A program made the position numbers and the translations under genes. From NCBI GenBank assembly GCA_038888155.1, contig JAWAJB010000003.1, positions 32,001-96,000 on the forward strand: DNA of 64,000 nt, read 5' to 3'. The notes beneath the pieces were generated by a model, which saw only the letters and a list, made by a program, of their open reading frames with translations, ran no database searches and was not told where the DNA came from. Shown here in pieces: positions 38,809 to 49,126 of the stretch (positions within the stretch are counted from its first letter, which is position 1; each line of letters begins with the position of its first letter). The stretch is from Desulfurococcaceae archaeon. GTDB lineage: Archaea; Thermoproteota; Thermoprotei_A; Sulfolobales; Desulfurococcaceae.

Positions 38809-39297
38809 CTAATTCACCTTGGCCCAGGCCCTTCGGATCATCTCATACGCATCGCGGAGACTCAGTGGCAGTGGCTTAACTCCAGCTACTATGGCCATAA
38901 AATTAGAGTCACCAACCCATCGAGGAACTACGTGAACGTGGAAATGATCCGGAACGCCAGCTCCGGCTACGCGCCCGATGTTGGCACCTATATTAAATCC
39001 CTCAGCCGACAGCGCCTCCCTTAGGGCTCTAATTGATTTTTTGAGCAAGTTCGCTATCTCTACTGCAACTTCATCTTCTAGCTCCGTTAGATCAGGAGCA
39101 TGCCTATAGGGGGCAATCATTACGTGGCCAGAGTTGTATGGATACGCGTTGAGGACTACGAACGAGTAGTTTCCTCTGTAAACAATTAGGGCTTCCTCGT
39201 CTCCTAATTTCTGCAGTTTGCAGAATAAGCACTCGCCCTTTCTCTCGTTGCTCTGCCTTATGTACTCGTATCTCCACGGATTCCACATAACCTTCAT
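38809..39297 (-). CDS. HIT-family hydrolase
   Basis: WNPWR, CLFC, YPYNSGH, HFHVHVVPRW. Confidence 0.93.
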   Translation of the reverse strand: MKVMWNPWRYEYIRQSNERKGECLFCKLQKLGDEEALIVYRGNYSFVVLNAYPYNSGHVMIAPYRHAPDLTELEDEVAVEIANLLKKSIRALREALSAEGFNIGANIGRVAGAGVPDHFHVHVVPRWVGDSNFMAIVAGVKPLPLSLRDAYEMIRRAWAKVN

Positions 39298-39387
39298 GGC
39301 TATAACCTTGAGGTCCCGTGATATCCTAGTCATCAGCCAGGCTTTATATTGACGCGTCAAAAGAAATTGCAGCTTTGCGTAAAAGGT

Positions 39388-40368
39388 TTACTGCTCCTCC
39401 ATGTCGCGTATACCTTCCTCGACAATGGCAAATACTGCCTCTCCTTCCGGTAAGTGAGGCGCATCAACAACGCGCGCTATCCTCTTGTTCCCTCGTGCCC
39501 TCTTTAAGTGCACTCTAACGCCGGGTACATGCGCGAGCACGTGTCCCCCTACAGCCGTTGTTGGATCACCATAGAAAACGTCGGGCCTTGCCATAACTTG
39601 ATTGGTTACAATAATAGCTATGTTGTATGCCTCAGCTAACCGCATGAGCTGATGTAGATGCGCGTTCAGCTTCTGTTGCCTTTCGGCGAGATGCTCTCTG
39701 CCCGGAAACTCGGCTCTGAAATGGCTTGTTACGCTATCAACGACTACCAGCTTAGCGCTGTTCTTCGGCACAAATGAGAACAGCTCTTCAACAATAGACA
39801 TCTGGTGATCGCTGTTGTACGCCCTAATGTAGTATATGTTATCCATAACTGACTCAGGCTCTAAGCCGAGCGCCCTAGACATAGCCTCTATTCTTTCCCA
39901 TCTAAATGTGCCCTCGGTATCAATGTATATTGCCTTGCCGAGAAGCCCCCCCTTTTCGTACGGCAACTGGACATTTACGCTAAGCTGGTGGCATATCTGC
40001 GTTTTGCCGCTGCCGTATTCGCCGTAGAACTCGGTTATAGTCTTTGTTTCTATGCCGCCTCCCAGTAGATCATCTAGTGCTTTACTCCCGGTAGTTATTT
40101 TCTTAATGTTCAATCTCTCTACTCTAACTTCCTTGGCAGTCTTGAACCTTATTCCTAAGAGCTTTCTTGCGCCCTCAATAACCCTTTGTACTGTTATAGC
40201 TGGAATCCCCGTTCTCTCGGCAACTTCCTCTGGTTTTGCAACAACGATGCTCCAAGCTGATATGTAGCCAGCTCCCTCTAGTTTCTCAGCTACTCCTGGG
40301 TTAACTCCCGGTATTTCCCTTATAGATATAAAGCCCATTTCCCCAGATGCTCTCTGCTCCTTGCTCAA
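39388..40368 (-). CDS. radA: DNA recombinase RadA
   Basis: [30 protein letters not shown]. Confidence 0.97.
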   Translation of the reverse strand: MSKEQRASGEMGFISIREIPGVNPGVAEKLEGAGYISAWSIVVAKPEEVAERTGIPAITVQRVIEGARKLLGIRFKTAKEVRVERLNIKKITTGSKALDDLLGGGIETKTITEFYGEYGSGKTQICHQLSVNVQLPYEKGGLLGKAIYIDTEGTFRWERIEAMSRALGLEPESVMDNIYYIRAYNSDHQMSIVEELFSFVPKNSAKLVVVDSVTSHFRAEFPGREHLAERQQKLNAHLHQLMRLAEAYNIAIIVTNQVMARPDVFYGDPTTAVGGHVLAHVPGVRVHLKRARGNKRIARVVDAPHLPEGEAVFAIVEEGIRDMEEQ

Positions 40369-40482
40369 TCTCTATCCCCTAGTTGTAAGTTATTTAAAAA
40401 ATGTTTATTATACCAGAAACCTCTCTTAGATAAAGTATAGAGTTTCACAGGACGCTCAGTAGCTTCCACGAGATGATTCAAC

Positions 40483-42306
40483 GTGAGAATTCTCGCAATC
40501 CACGCAAAGCACTTCTCTTACGAGATAAAGGACCCGGCTGTAAAGGAGCCAGAGGAACACCCGCCAAACTTGAAGAAGTCCTTCGAAAACGCGTTAGTAA
40601 TTTTTACAACTATTGAGGAAAGCGATGAAGTAAGCGTTGTTGAAGAGGCAGCATCGGAGATATCCAAGTTGGTTTCCCAAGTGAAGCCACTAGAGGTTGT
40701 AATATACCCTTACGCCCACCTCTCGGCGAACATAGCCCCTCCTAGTAAGGCTATCGCAATTCTAAGCGAGTTGCACCAAGCATCTGCGAGAAAGCTCGAG
40801 GTACCAGTCTACAGGGCTCCATTTGGTTGGTATAAGTCTTTTGCGCTTGAATGCTATGGACACCCGTTAAGCGAGCTCTCGCGCACAATAGCTGGCAGGG
40901 CAGCTCAGCCGCGAAAAGCTATCGAGAAAAAGTTCTACGTAATGACCACGGAAGGATCAATTCATGACCCGGCCAGCTTTGATTACGCAAAGTACCCAGA
41001 GCTCAAAGTCCTCGTCGAAAAGGAAGTTTATGGAAAGGAGCTGGAGGGAGGAGAGAACAGAGTTGCTAGCTACTGCAAGAAGTTTGGCTTTGAGTGGGAG
41101 TCGATGAGCGATCATGGACACATGAGATATGGACCGCTAGCAGTTGTGCTCATGGACGTAGTTTCCCAGTACTCTTGGCAAGTCGCAAAGAGCCTCGGAA
41201 TGCCCGTGTTTAGAATTATGGGCACAAACATGTTCAATCTCAGAGAGAAGCCGGTTTATGAACACGCAGCACTATTTGGGGACAGGCTATACGAAGTTGA
41301 AGTAGACAATAACAGGTACGTTTTAAGGTACGCAGCTTGTCATCAGCAGTTCGCCATGCTTAGGGACTGGGTTATAAGCTACAAGGAGCTACCCTTCGGG
41401 GCATTCGAGATAGCTGATAGCTACAGGTTAGAACAGAGGGGCGAGGTCGCGCTTTGCTATAGGATGAGAAAGTTCTACATGCCGGACCTCCACTTATTCG
41501 CGAGAAACCTCGAAGAGGCAATTAAAGTTTCTATGTCAGTACAGAAGAAGATACACGAAGAGGCTTCTAAGCTTGGAAGGCGGTACATCGCGCTGTATAA
41601 TATAACTGAGGACTTTCTCGAAAATCACAGGGATTCGCTTGAGGAGTTTGTTAGAAATGAAGGATACCCCGTGTTGCTCGCGGTTATTCCATCTGGGATA
41701 TACTACTGGGTTATAAATGTAGAATACCACATAATAGATAACCTCAATAGGCCGCGTGAAATAGCTACTTTTCAAATAGATATTGGCAACAGCAAGAGGT
41801 TCAACATAACTTACACCGATGAAAAGGGCGAAAAGAACTACCCAGCTATAATTCACACTGCTTTAATTGGGAGCTTGGAGAGGTACATATACATGGCCTT
41901 AGATACAGCTGCGCTAATGGAGAAGGAAGGAAAGGTGCCGTACTTGCCCCTCTGGCTATCCCCCGTTCAAGTAAGAGTTATAGCTGTCTCCAGAGAACAC
42001 TTGGAATATGCTTCCAGCGTGGCGAACAAACTTGTAGAGGCAGGGTTTAGAGTAGACCTAGACGATAGAGATCTAACTCTTGGCAAAAAAATCCGCGAGG
42101 CTGCTACAAGCTGGGTGCCCTACATAGTAGTCGTGGGGCGACGCGAAGTCGAAACTGGCACAGTCAATGTAAAAATAAGGAAAACTAATGATCAAAGGGC
42201 TATGACAGTAGAGGAACTAATCAAGCTCCTATCAGAGGAAGCTGAGGGGTACCCAAGAGCCGATTTAACTCTTCCGATGCACATCAGTAAAAGGCCTATG
42301 TTTTGA
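40483..42306 (+). CDS. thrS: Threonyl-tRNA synthetase with archaeal N-terminal editing domain
   Basis: YPYAHLS, APFGWYK, GHPLSELSR, RYAAC, GSLER. Confidence 0.96.
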   Translation: MRILAIHAKHFSYEIKDPAVKEPEEHPPNLKKSFENALVIFTTIEESDEVSVVEEAASEISKLVSQVKPLEVVIYPYAHLSANIAPPSKAIAILSELHQASARKLEVPVYRAPFGWYKSFALECYGHPLSELSRTIAGRAAQPRKAIEKKFYVMTTEGSIHDPASFDYAKYPELKVLVEKEVYGKELEGGENRVASYCKKFGFEWESMSDHGHMRYGPLAVVLMDVVSQYSWQVAKSLGMPVFRIMGTNMFNLREKPVYEHAALFGDRLYEVEVDNNRYVLRYAACHQQFAMLRDWVISYKELPFGAFEIADSYRLEQRGEVALCYRMRKFYMPDLHLFARNLEEAIKVSMSVQKKIHEEASKLGRRYIALYNITEDFLENHRDSLEEFVRNEGYPVLLAVIPSGIYYWVINVEYHIIDNLNRPREIATFQIDIGNSKRFNITYTDEKGEKNYPAIIHTALIGSLERYIYMALDTAALMEKEGKVPYLPLWLSPVQVRVIAVSREHLEYASSVANKLVEAGFRVDLDDRDLTLGKKIREAATSWVPYIVVVGRREVETGTVNVKIRKTNDQRAMTVEELIKLLSEEAEGYPRADLTLPMHISKRPMF

Positions 42307-42324
42307 AGTACACTACAACATGAA

Positions 42325-42960
42325 ATGAGGCACGCCTCAGGGAGGGTGTCCCATATAAGCAGGAGATCAAGAGTAAAGTTCATTGGAAGACATTTAATGA
42401 TGAAGGGCATATATGTAGAAAAGCTTCTCAAGGGCGTTAAAAGAGCTACCATTAGGAGGGGCATAGTCAAGCCTCGCTACAGGGAAGTAATTATCCACGC
42501 TGGAGGTAAACCAGTGGCAAAAGCGAGAATAGTGAGGGTGTATCACGGTAAGCTAAAAGAGCTCGGCGAGTACGAGGCTAGAGTAGATGGCTACGAAAGC
42601 ACCGAAGAATTAATAGCCGACCTGAAGAGAATTTACAGGGGGTTGAGCGACGATGACGCTATAACGGTAATAGAATTTAGGGTTACCCAGAAGCTTGAGG
42701 GCCCGCTAGTGGAAGGTCAATACCTAGAGTCGACCCCATCGGACATCGCTGGATTAGCTTTAAGGCACCTAGATAAAGACCTCAGCGATTTAGAGAAAAA
42801 AGTTCTCCAAGACTTAGCGCGGACAGGTAGCATTAGGAAAACAGCAGTCAACATATTCAACGACTTAAGTAAAAGGAACTTAGTGAGGGGGATCCTTAGA
42901 AAAGCTGTAAGGCTCTTGAGCGAGAGGGGCTTAAATAAAAAGGGCAATAGCGCTGATTAG
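42325..42960 (+). CDS. ASCH-domain protein with C-terminal helical domain
   Basis: GVKRATIR, ARVDGY, TVIEF. Confidence 0.85.
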   Translation: MRHASGRVSHISRRSRVKFIGRHLMMKGIYVEKLLKGVKRATIRRGIVKPRYREVIIHAGGKPVAKARIVRVYHGKLKELGEYEARVDGYESTEELIADLKRIYRGLSDDDAITVIEFRVTQKLEGPLVEGQYLESTPSDIAGLALRHLDKDLSDLEKKVLQDLARTGSIRKTAVNIFNDLSKRNLVRGILRKAVRLLSERGLNKKGNSAD

Positions 42961-42975
42961 CTATCGGTGAATAAT

Positions 42976-43146
42976 TTGGGATACTGGGTGCTTAAGTGTA
43001 CAGAGTGCCAGAATCATTGGAACCTACTAGTGAGCTTCCCCCTGAAGCAAGAGTACAACAAGCTATACCACTACTGCCCTCACTGTAACAAGAATACATT
43101 TCACGATATAGTAGAGTACCGAGAGGAGGAGCTGAAAGAAATATAA
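42976..43146 (+). CDS. Small Zn-ribbon protein (56 aa)
   Basis: GGTGA RBS; CTEC...YHYCPHCNKNTFH; not in track. Confidence 0.8.
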   Translation: MGYWVLKCTECQNHWNLLVSFPLKQEYNKLYHYCPHCNKNTFHDIVEYREEELKEI

Positions 43147-43171
43147 CGAAACGTAAGTATTAGTAGTGTTG

Positions 43172-43221
43172 ATGATGACTCCCCTAAAAGGTTGATCAAT
43201 GAAGAAACCTGTCTCAGCTGA
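43172..43221 (+). ncRNA. C/D box sRNA
   Basis: ATGATGA-13nt-TTGA-ATGAAGA-aacctgtctcag-CTGA; D guide complementary to 23S GAGACAGGU (about 2600). Confidence 0.88.
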
Positions 43222-43237
43222 GTTTTCAAGCTGTAAC

Positions 43238-43257
43238 CGCGCGGCGAATTCCGCGCG
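43238..43257. terminator. GC hairpin between convergent units
   Basis: CGCGCGG-cgaatt-CCGCGCG. Confidence 0.35.
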
Positions 43258-43309
43258 CAATCGTTATTGTCTATTGGGGGTTCACGTCAAGGGAAATAAG
43301 CGCCTAGCT

Positions 43310-44614
43310 TCAGTCTATCCAATCCTCGCCCCCAATCTTTTCAGGTATGTACTTATCTGCGAGGAACTTTAGCCCCTTGCTAGCAAAGGCCTCGATCTCG
43401 AGTTTACTCAGAGTGTTAAAGAACACGCAGAGCTCTCTAACCCACTCAGGGGATGTGAACCAGGGGTAGCCTGTAAGCCCCTCTTTCCTCTTTATTTTGC
43501 TTTTTGCCTCAGCGTTGTTGATGCACACCTCAGCCACTTTATAGCCTACGAGCTCTACAGCCCTCTCAATATCCCTCGTTTTAGCTTTAATTATAAAGTT
43601 CGACCTCTCGCGCTCATCTAAGTAAGGGCTCTTCGATTTTAAGCTGGTGATCCCAGGCGCAATTTCTTCTAGCAAGTCCTTAATTGGTTTGTTTCTCGCT
43701 ATTTTCTCGAAGAGATCAACGCCGAAAATATCGGTCATAGAGACACCAATGAATTTAGCGCTAGGTATAGCCAATCTTTCACTCTCGTATGACAGCGTTA
43801 TACTGCCAGCTTTAAACACGCTGTATATGTAGAACCCATATGGGTCGCTATCGCACAGAATATAGACTGGGAGCTTGAATTCTTCGCTTAGCCTTCTAAC
43901 GAATCGACGCGTTGCGCGATCTGGTTGCCCTGCACTAGTGACTAGCACGGTGCGATACTTTCTCCAAAAGCCATATCTGTGCAGCTGCTGGAAAACAGCG
44001 TCTTTCTCTACTACTAGGATGTAATCTGCATCTATATCGACAAATTCTATGAGATCGGGCGTTGGCTCAATTGCGTAGGCGCCGTGACCCATCTTGCTTA
44101 AATCTATCACGTCATCGCCGCTTCTAATAACCAGGTTGCCAACTACCTTGCCCTTCTCCTTACTAAGTATTAATAAGTCTTCGCGGAGAACAGACAGGTA
44201 GACCTCTAAGTCCCTTATCACGCTATCAGATTCCCTCTGTTCATCCCAAGTGTTCTCGCTCACTCTTTTGCCCGTAGCGCTCTTAAAGCTAATTGAGTGC
44301 TTTCCTCTGTAGTATAGATCACGTATAGTGGGATACTCATTGTTCCTTAGCGCGTCGAACACTATTGAAGCCATTAGTAAAGTCTGCATGAACTTCTTGG
44401 CTTCATTTGCATCTGCAAATGATCTGTGCTGGGTCTCAGGGCCCAGGAGCAACATCTTGTTCTTGAGGTCATATATTGTATTCGTTAATGTCCTCTTTGG
44501 AATAACAAGTAGAGGTTTCTCCCCTCTATTTATTTGGTTTAAGACATCTCTCATAGAGTCCTTAATTAACCCAAGCGCCTTGTTCCTAGCTAAGGTATCT
44601 ACTTGAGAGGGCAT
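43310..44614 (-). CDS. top6A: DNA topoisomerase VI subunit A
   Basis: TIRDLYY, VVEKDAVF, GQPDRATR, DSDPYG. Confidence 0.97.
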   Translation of the reverse strand: MPSQVDTLARNKALGLIKDSMRDVLNQINRGEKPLLVIPKRTLTNTIYDLKNKMLLLGPETQHRSFADANEAKKFMQTLLMASIVFDALRNNEYPTIRDLYYRGKHSISFKSATGKRVSENTWDEQRESDSVIRDLEVYLSVLREDLLILSKEKGKVVGNLVIRSGDDVIDLSKMGHGAYAIEPTPDLIEFVDIDADYILVVEKDAVFQQLHRYGFWRKYRTVLVTSAGQPDRATRRFVRRLSEEFKLPVYILCDSDPYGFYIYSVFKAGSITLSYESERLAIPSAKFIGVSMTDIFGVDLFEKIARNKPIKDLLEEIAPGITSLKSKSPYLDERERSNFIIKAKTRDIERAVELVGYKVAEVCINNAEAKSKIKRKEGLTGYPWFTSPEWVRELCVFFNTLSKLEIEAFASKGLKFLADKYIPEKIGGEDWID

Positions 44615-44630
44615 TCTACCACCATCAGGT

Positions 44631-46229
44631 CTATGCCTCCACCGATTTTACGATTTCCTCTATTAGGCTCATGGGGACGCTCGTTCTCCTCGAGACTACT
44701 GAAGCCAATTTATCCACCAAGTCCCCCTTTATTTTGACGAGCTCTTCTTCGTGCTCGGCTAAAATAGTTGCAAGGCTCCTCGCGACTTCTGGGATGTACT
44801 TCGCAATGGACTCCGCTCTCCGCTTTGCTTCCTCTTCTCTCGCTTTCCTAGAAAGGTAGCTTCTAAGCCTTCTTGCGATCTCCATTATAGTTAGCTTTAC
44901 TTCCCTGCGTATCTCTGGGACATCAGCTATGCTCTCTTTGCCAACGCCTTTGAACGGTATCTTGGTGCTGCAGATATGCGCCAAGACAAGTATTGGGGAT
45001 GGAAAGACAATCATGTAGTTTTCCCAGTCAATTTCCTCTTTTACAACCTGCACGATCACATCTGTGCTCTCATCGTAGAGCAGGGGTATTTTGTTCGCGT
45101 ATCTTAGCACTAGCGGGTAATCGTTGCTGACAGGCGTGTTGCCGCCATATGCAATACCAACTTCTAGTATGAATGGATGACCATTGTACGATCCCGGCCT
45201 CCTCACGCCTACATCTATGTACTCTGGATTAAACGCTCTCATTAACCCGGCCTTTATTACCTGCTCGCCAAGAGGAGATAGAGATGCAGCTGAAGGCGGC
45301 CTGTACTTATCGTAGGACTTCATGGTGTTTACGAGCGTCAAAAGATCGTCGTTAGTTAGCTCGTGCGGGCTCTTGTTAGGATCTATCTTAGCTAGACTCA
45401 ATATCAACTTAGCGGTAGCCTCCCCAATGCCCTGAAAACTACTCACTAATAGGTCCCTGAGGGAGTTGTAGTTTTTATTCCTTATGATATTACTTAGAAA
45501 CTCCAAGTCCACTCCCTGCGGGTGGGGCTTTGTTTCAACGGGAGGTTTTGGTATAGTGTTCGTAATGCGGGGATGGTAAACAATCTCGCTCTCCGGCGTT
45601 ATGAAAACTATATTCGCGTAAGGCAACGCTATAGAGGTTCTAGAGAGATACTCGAGCACGCGCTGTTTTGCACGCCCCCAATCTCCCTCGATTGTAACCG
45701 AGACAACTGTGCCGTGCCAGTCCCTCGTCTTCCTCCAGCTGCCGGCCTCTATTACTACTGGCTCATTTCTGTCCACATCTATTCTGAGCTTAAAGAAGTA
45801 TACTCTTTTAAGGCCGGCTCTACTAGTGGTGACCTCAATCGGTCTGCCAGTGGTCATTTGCGCGTAAAGCACTACCATTTTTACTCCTAGGCCGTACATG
45901 CCCCTTGACTGCTTTAGGACGTATTTGCTGCTGAAGAGCACTTTACCAAAAGCATTGGGAACTACGTGAGGGGGCATCCCTATTCCATTATCTTCTATAG
46001 TTATCCTATAAAAGTCGCGTATTTCATCTGCTTTCCTCATGGAGACCTTTATATCCGGTAAAATGCCGTAGACATCAGTGGCATCAAGGGAGTTTTCAAC
46101 GAGCTCTCTTACAGTTTGATAAATAGCTCTAGCTGGGTTTGAAAACCCAGCTACCTCCCTGTACTTGTAGAAGAACTCAGCAGGGCTAGCTGCTCTGTAC
46201 GCTTCATTAGCCTCGCTCATTGAGTCCAC
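44631..46229 (-). CDS. top6B: DNA topoisomerase VI subunit B
   Basis: ELVENSLDA, EDNGIG, QSRGMYGLG, RYANKIPL. Confidence 0.97.
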   Translation of the reverse strand: MDSMSEANEAYRAASPAEFFYKYREVAGFSNPARAIYQTVRELVENSLDATDVYGILPDIKVSMRKADEIRDFYRITIEDNGIGMPPHVVPNAFGKVLFSSKYVLKQSRGMYGLGVKMVVLYAQMTTGRPIEVTTSRAGLKRVYFFKLRIDVDRNEPVVIEAGSWRKTRDWHGTVVSVTIEGDWGRAKQRVLEYLSRTSIALPYANIVFITPESEIVYHPRITNTIPKPPVETKPHPQGVDLEFLSNIIRNKNYNSLRDLLVSSFQGIGEATAKLILSLAKIDPNKSPHELTNDDLLTLVNTMKSYDKYRPPSAASLSPLGEQVIKAGLMRAFNPEYIDVGVRRPGSYNGHPFILEVGIAYGGNTPVSNDYPLVLRYANKIPLLYDESTDVIVQVVKEEIDWENYMIVFPSPILVLAHICSTKIPFKGVGKESIADVPEIRREVKLTIMEIARRLRSYLSRKAREEEAKRRAESIAKYIPEVARSLATILAEHEEELVKIKGDLVDKLASVVSRRTSVPMSLIEEIVKSVEA

Positions 46230-46593
46230 CGGCTACCTACTACTTATCACCATTATTGGATTATAAACCGTGAGAATACTATCGCCGAACTTACCTAGCT
46301 CGCCGTGGAGAGCTCCGTGCTGTGTATACGCGTGGGCGAGAACTTGCCTAGGTCCCGCGCCCCGTTTCCTGTGAATTAGACTTCGTTGAGATGTATATTT
46401 AAAGCCTCGACCAGGTCTTCATGGCTGTTCTCTCTCCAAGGGATCAAACGTCTTCAGCACCTCAACGAGCTCTCCATTTCCGTTAGATAGCTCTCGGGAT
46501 TTTGCGTTGAGAGAAAAACACGTTATTTCTGTTTTTATGACCTGTTACTTATAAATACCCCTGACCCAAACACTCTGATAAGGAGGAGTTCTA

Positions 46594-46668
46594 GGGCCCG
46601 TCGCCTAGCTAGGAGAGGGCGCCGGCCTCCTAAGCCGGAGGACCCGGGTTCAAATCCCGGCGGGCCCG
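46594..46668 (+). tRNA. tRNA-Arg(CCU)
   Basis: Cloverleaf; CCGGC-CTCCTAA-GCCGG. Confidence 0.96.
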
Positions 46669-46698
46669 CGGTCCTTTGCTCGAGCATTCCTATGCTGT

Positions 46699-48777
46699 TT
46701 ACTGTAGCATTAGGCTGAAGGCGTTGTAGATTACGAGCGAAGTTGCGTAGGCTACAACGAGCATAGCTAGAGCTACTTCAATCACCAGCTTTAAGCTCTT
46801 GGATTCGCTGTAAATAGCGATCAGCGTTGCCAGGCAGGGAACGTACAGCGTTACTAGTAACGATATAGCAACTGTGGAGGCAGGGCTCAGCTCAACTGCT
46901 TTAAACACATCTCTCAGAGTGTATAGACCGGATACCCCTATTAAAGAGCTCACAAAAAGCTCTTTAGCTATGAAGCCCATTATTAGGGCAAACACTATAA
47001 ACCATGCATTAGGTCCACTGACGCCGAGAGGCGCTAGTATTGGCGCTAAACCTCGCGAAATGAAAGCTGCAACGCTTTCGCTAGGCTCGCTAGCTATTCC
47101 CATGCCCGCATTTAAGTTGGTGAGAACCCACGCTATTATATTGGCCAGCAGTATTACAGTGCCAGCTTTTGCTAAAAAGTGCTTGATGTTAGACCAGGCA
47201 AACCACCATATCACCTTGGGTATAGGCTTATGAAGCGGCGGCAACTCCAGCAGTAGCTCTATTTCAGTAGCCTCTCCTCTCTTCCTCGACAACAAGCTAA
47301 CAGCCAAGCTAATTACAACAACTACAGAGAAGGCAGTTAAGTACGCTAGCGGTACAAGGAGAGCTCCCGGCAGGCTAGTCGAAGCTCCTGCTACAGCTAG
47401 GAGAACTAACAACCTGGCTTGGCACGGCATAAAGGGCACTAATAGCATTAAGCGCCACCTCTCAGTTGCGCTTGGAACAGCCCTTGTTATGAGTACTCCT
47501 GGGACGTTGCATCCAAGCGACATTATTAGCGGAAACATCGCGTGTCCAGATAGGCCTATTTTTTGGAAAAGAGCGTGCATCCCAACAGCTATCCTGGGGA
47601 CAATGCCCGAGTCATCTAGTGCCCCAAGGGCAACCATGGCGATTAGTAGTAGCGGTAAGAACAACAGCAGCGTTGCTAAACCGCGGATTATAGCCTCTAC
47701 AATGAACCTGGAGATAAGCGTCTCGCCAAAGGTGCGGAGAATAGCCCCTGAGAGAGAGCTAAGCCAGTACCCAATTAAGTTGCTCAAGCTGTTCTCCTCG
47801 AGCCATTCAGCGACTCCATTGTAGCCTAAGCTCCTCAATATTGCTGTCAAGGGGTAACCAGTATTAATTGCAAAAACCGCGGTGAAGACGGAAAACAGCA
47901 GTGCACCCGACACGAGGGGCGCCGCGTAGGGATTATAGAAGATCTTAGCGAGTGAAACCCCATGTTGAGGAATTGTAGCCCTAGCAATCGCATTTCGAGC
48001 TAGCGCCTCTATGTACTCGAAGCGCTTTTTCACAACCAGCGAGGATATGCTCGCTCCAAACCTCTTCGCTGCCTCAACCCTTATTGCCTCTAAGTATCCA
48101 TAAGTATCCCCTAGGGATTCAAGCTCGCCCTCTACTCCAGTGTCTCCCTCGAGAAACTTTATAGCTGCCCAACGCAGAGGGTACTTCAAATTGGCGGCAG
48201 CTTTCTGTGCGCTGGCCACCACTTCATCTATAAATGGATTTAATTCCCCGTAGTCCACCACTAAAGGCTTTTTGCTGGACCTAGACGCTCTAACAATCGC
48301 TTCCAGCAAGTAGTCTATCCCTATTTTCTTGACTGCGGATACAGGAACAACTGGGACCTCCAGCTCCCTTTCGAGTAGCTCGAAATTGATATGAACGCCT
48401 CTACTGTGCGCTTCATCGACTTTAGTGAAAGCAAGTACAACGTTTCTCCGCATTTCGAGCAACTCAACAGCTAAGTACATTGTTCTCTCGGGCGAAAGCG
48501 AGTCAACGAGGACAACTACTACATCAGGTCTCTCGTTTAACACGTAGTCCCTGCTTATTCTTTCCTCTAGCGTGAGATACGAAAACCCGTAAATTCCGGG
48601 CAAGTCCACTAGTATGATCTCATGGTCTTTGTACTTAATGCGCGCCTCATAGCGCTCTACAGTCTTGCCTGGCCAGTTAGTTACTATCACGTGCTGCTTT
48701 GCAAGCACATTAAAAAGTGTTGACTTGCCAACGTTCGGTTGCCCTATTATAGCTACTGTTACTCTTTTCGTAACCAC
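46699..48777 (-). CDS. feoB: Ferrous iron transporter FeoB
   Basis: GQPNVGKS, NWPGKTVE, DLPG, GCNVP, PCQAR, ELP. Confidence 0.96.
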   Translation of the reverse strand: MVTKRVTVAIIGQPNVGKSTLFNVLAKQHVIVTNWPGKTVERYEARIKYKDHEIILVDLPGIYGFSYLTLEERISRDYVLNERPDVVVVLVDSLSPERTMYLAVELLEMRRNVVLAFTKVDEAHSRGVHINFELLERELEVPVVPVSAVKKIGIDYLLEAIVRASRSSKKPLVVDYGELNPFIDEVVASAQKAAANLKYPLRWAAIKFLEGDTGVEGELESLGDTYGYLEAIRVEAAKRFGASISSLVVKKRFEYIEALARNAIARATIPQHGVSLAKIFYNPYAAPLVSGALLFSVFTAVFAINTGYPLTAILRSLGYNGVAEWLEENSLSNLIGYWLSSLSGAILRTFGETLISRFIVEAIIRGLATLLLFLPLLLIAMVALGALDDSGIVPRIAVGMHALFQKIGLSGHAMFPLIMSLGCNVPGVLITRAVPSATERWRLMLLVPFMPCQARLLVLLAVAGASTSLPGALLVPLAYLTAFSVVVVISLAVSLLSRKRGEATEIELLLELPPLHKPIPKVIWWFAWSNIKHFLAKAGTVILLANIIAWVLTNLNAGMGIASEPSESVAAFISRGLAPILAPLGVSGPNAWFIVFALIMGFIAKELFVSSLIGVSGLYTLRDVFKAVELSPASTVAISLLVTLYVPCLATLIAIYSESKSLKLVIEVALAMLVVAYATSLVIYNAFSLMLQ

Positions 48778-49016
48778 TACTCAAGTACCTCTACTGCGAT
48801 TTTTCTAGCTAATCCGCGACCAATAGAGATTTCTGTGCCGTTTTTAACTCTTAGAACCAGTGGCCCCCTCTTTCGGTTGAGCAGTACCTCTACTTCAGTG
48901 CCGGGCGTTATTCCCATGCACTGCAGTCTACGCGTCCACCCGCACTCGCCGTTAAAGCCCCTTATAACAGCCCTTCTCCCCTCTTTAACTAGATCAAGGC
49001 TTGTGGTTGACATCAA
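48777..49016 (-). CDS. feoA: FeoA
   Basis: RLQCMGITPG, GP, IGRGLA. Confidence 0.93.
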   Translation of the reverse strand: MMSTTSLDLVKEGRRAVIRGFNGECGWTRRLQCMGITPGTEVEVLLNRKRGPLVLRVKNGTEISIGRGLARKIAVEVLE

Positions 49017-49043
49017 TAAGCACCAATAATCGCTTACTCAGTA

Positions 49044-49080
49044 TTAGCTTAGGCCTTAAAAAATTTAGACATATCCAAAT
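49044..49080. promoter_or_regulatory. Putative DtxR/MntR-type operator upstream of feoA
   Basis: Imperfect palindrome ATTTAGACATATCCAAAT (14/18) plus TTAGCTTAGG half-site. Confidence 0.55.
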
Positions 49081-49126
49081 CTATTAATCTGGCGATCAGC
49101 CGTGGCATAGATAAGCGCGCAGAGAA

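Noticed and set aside
46230-46590. Gap between top6B and tRNA-Arg as a gene or sRNA
   Set aside because: No convincing ORF or complete box set
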